Below, in pieces: positions 22,676 through 24,000 of a DNA stretch of 24,000 bases. The notes beneath the pieces were generated by a model. It had not been told where the DNA came from, searched no databases, and worked only from the letters and a program-made list of their open reading frames with translations. The position numbers were made by a program, and so were the translations under genes. Where the stretch lies: positions 193,424-217,423 of the forward strand of contig CAJTLO010000001.1 of NCBI GenBank assembly GCA_910577285.1, read 5' to 3'. Numbering within the stretch: the stretch's first letter is position 1; each line of letters starts with the position of its first letter. Source of the DNA: an uncultured Rikenellaceae bacterium (GTDB lineage Bacteria > Bacteroidota > Bacteroidia > Bacteroidales > Rikenellaceae).

Positions 22676-23258
22676 CGTTAGTTTAAGTTAAAAAATGTAA
22701 AGAAGATCATCGGGAAGCGTAACTATCCGACGAACCAGATGCCTCCGCGCCGAAGAGAATGCCTCGGCGGAGGAGGGACAGAAGTCTCTTCGATCAGCTA
22801 TGACCGCACTGCATACCGCACAGGTTGCATGTCGCAACGGGGCCGGCAGGATGAAGGCGGTAACGGATACTTGTTCAGTATATCGATCGTGCATCTGTCT
22901 AAGTTGGGGATAAATACGTCCTTCAAATTCAGAAATAAAGGTACGGCGTTTATCGAAACGGTGTGGCTTCACGGCGTATTATGGGACGTCATAAGGGAAA
23001 TTAGGGAATTTTTGACGCTGTTTGCAGCATGGCGACGGAAAGACTGCCGGAGATTTTGCCGTGACCTAAAGGGGCCGGGAGGAGGAAGAGAGGAGCCTGC
23101 AAAGGGAGCTCAGACCGGGACAAACGGACCCTCTCAGGGGGCTTTGGGCATCGGTGCGGTGCCTGTCGTGCACCTGTGCGATTTGTGTTGTAAGGTCTTT
23201 ATTTCATATTTTGCGTCCCATTTAGGTAGTGCGTTCGGATGCGACTTGTCAAACCATT

Positions 23259-23266
23259 TATCTTTG
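23259..23266 (+). promoter_or_regulatory. Candidate -7 box (TATCTTTG) for the AraC-family gene
   Basis: Exact TAnnTTTG match, 45 nt upstream of the ATG at 23311. Confidence 0.4.
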
Positions 23267-23310
23267 TGAAATCCCAACGTAAATAAAATCTGCCCCCAAA
23301 CACCTAACCT

Positions 23311-24000
23311 ATGAACTCTGGTAGTGAAAGATACATGACGAGCGACACGAGCTTCGTCTTTGAAAATCTGGCCTTGTTGCCCATTCAGGAGCAGCAAACC
23401 TACTTGAAGGAGGGATTCGTCGGCCTGTGTACCGGCGGGAGCGCAGTGTTTGAACTGTTCGACCACTCGACCCGTGTATCCCGCAACGATATGGTCGTGA
23501 TCCTGCCCCTTCAGTTCGCCTCGCTGCATGACCGAAGCGATGATTTCGCCATGCGCTTTTTTAAAGTGGATCGCGAACTTTTCATGGATATCATGAGCGG
23601 GGTATGCCGCATGACTCCCGATTTTTATTTCTACATGCGGAAACATTTCTGTTCCCACTTTACCGAAAAAGAGGTACGCTCTTTTAATACATGGTGCGAC
23701 TCGTTGGACGTTCGCATCGGCAGCAAGCAACCGGAGTACCGGCGGGAGACTGCGGTCCATCTGTTGCGTGCGTTCTTCTGGGAGCTGTATGTGGCGTATT
23801 GCGAAGCCCCGCAGGGGCAGAAATCCTATATCTTTACCCATAAAGAGCAGATCGTCTTTAAGTTTTCCCTGCTCATCGCGGAGTATTACACGACGGCCCG
23901 CGAAGTGGCTTTCTATGCCGACAAACTTTGTATCACGCCCAAATACCTGACGTTGATCGCAACCCAGGTGACCGGCCGTTCCGCCAGGCAGTGCATCGGA
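23311..24000 (+). CDS. AraC family transcriptional regulator (Bacteroidota type), 3' end outside the window
   Basis: Not in the ORF track because it has no stop in the window. I translated 230 codons by hand with no stop: MNSGSERYMTSDTSFVFENLALLPIQEQ...FSLLIAEYYTTAREVAFYADKLCITPKYLTLIATQVTGRSARQCIG. The end is the first HTH of an AraC DNA-binding domain. An in-frame TAA lies at 23305-23307, just upstream of the ATG. Confidence 0.85.
   Translation, partial: MNSGSERYMTSDTSFVFENLALLPIQEQQTYLKEGFVGLCTGGSAVFELFDHSTRVSRNDMVVILPLQFASLHDRSDDFAMRFFKVDRELFMDIMSGVCRMTPDFYFYMRKHFCSHFTEKEVRSFNTWCDSLDVRIGSKQPEYRRETAVHLLRAFFWELYVAYCEAPQGQKSYIFTHKEQIVFKFSLLIAEYYTTAREVAFYADKLCITPKYLTLIATQVTGRSARQCIG

Noticed and set aside
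450-22681. Long antisense ORFs: 450..2153(-), 2168..3481(-), 3871..5832(+), 7074..9209(+), 9767..11809(+), 17496..18761(+), 18920..19981(-), 21470..22681(+).
   Set aside because: Each lies opposite a gene with clear family motifs. For the six pairs I checked modulo 3, the antisense frame is codon-aligned and stays open simply because TTA/CTA/TCA codons are avoided. Their products are Arg/Gly/His/Asp-rich with no signal peptides, TM helices or catalytic motifs.
22688-22972. 94-aa minus-strand ORF ending 12 nt before the sigma-54 activator gene, as a co-transcribed small protein.
   Set aside because: It has an Arg/Cys-rich, motif-free sequence. The best promoter-like element for the activator gene (TACATTTT near 22700) lies inside it. 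It is kept only as a question in the findings.
23157-23172. Weak sigma-54-like spacing cGGtgCctgtcgTGCa upstream of the AraC gene.
   Set aside because: Only the GG/GC spacing and a few flanking bases match, so TGGCAC is largely missing. An exact sigma-A -7 box lies much closer to the ATG.
23134-23841. 235-aa minus-strand ORF at the right end of the window.
   Set aside because: It is a shadow of the plus-strand AraC-family gene (23311 to the window end). That gene has an unmistakable AraC HTH (FYADKLCITPKYLTLIATQVTGRSARQCI) and is missing from the track only because it has no stop in the window.

Overview
This is a visibly GC-rich chromosomal segment (GC not computed). It looks Bacteroidota-type, possibly Alistipes/Rikenellaceae-like, but that is inference only. 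The supporting signs are TAnnTTTG -7 promoter boxes, many lipoproteins, Omp28-related and LVIVD proteins, and hairpin terminators that often lack long T-tracts. I support 20 protein-coding genes (two run off the window edges) and one tRNA-Pro(UGG). I saw no rRNA, CRISPR array, transposase, integrase or phage genes, so this looks like core genome rather than a mobile island.

Gene content in order:
- A partial outer-membrane beta-barrel gene.
- Two tandem paralogous Ig-repeat plus thioredoxin-fold (Omp28-related) lipoproteins.
- An MscS-type channel.
- tRNA-Pro.
- A membrane protein of unknown function.
- A 715-aa CPA2 cation:proton antiporter with a USP-like tail.
- A DsbD-like reductase divergent from a TlpA-like thioredoxin.
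- A three-gene LVIVD, LVIVD, beta-barrel operon.
- A lipocalin-like lipoprotein.
- A LysR, YeiH, MarC operon.
- A rubrerythrin with the rubredoxin domain at the N-terminus.
- A hybrid histidine kinase (REC-Hpt) convergent with a sigma-54 activator that has no DNA-binding domain.
- A partial AraC-family regulator missing from the ORF track because it has no stop in the window.

The leads I rank highest:
1. A near-consensus sigma-54 -24/-12 promoter in front of the antiporter gene, together with the DNA-binding-domain-less activator.
2. An apparent 2+5 split of a seven-bladed LVIVD propeller next to a beta-barrel gene.
3. The Ig-repeat/thioredoxin lipoprotein pair (WCGPC versus CSYC).

I did not find anything I can defend as a clearly new multi-gene system. 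All family names come from motif recognition by eye, not from database searches.
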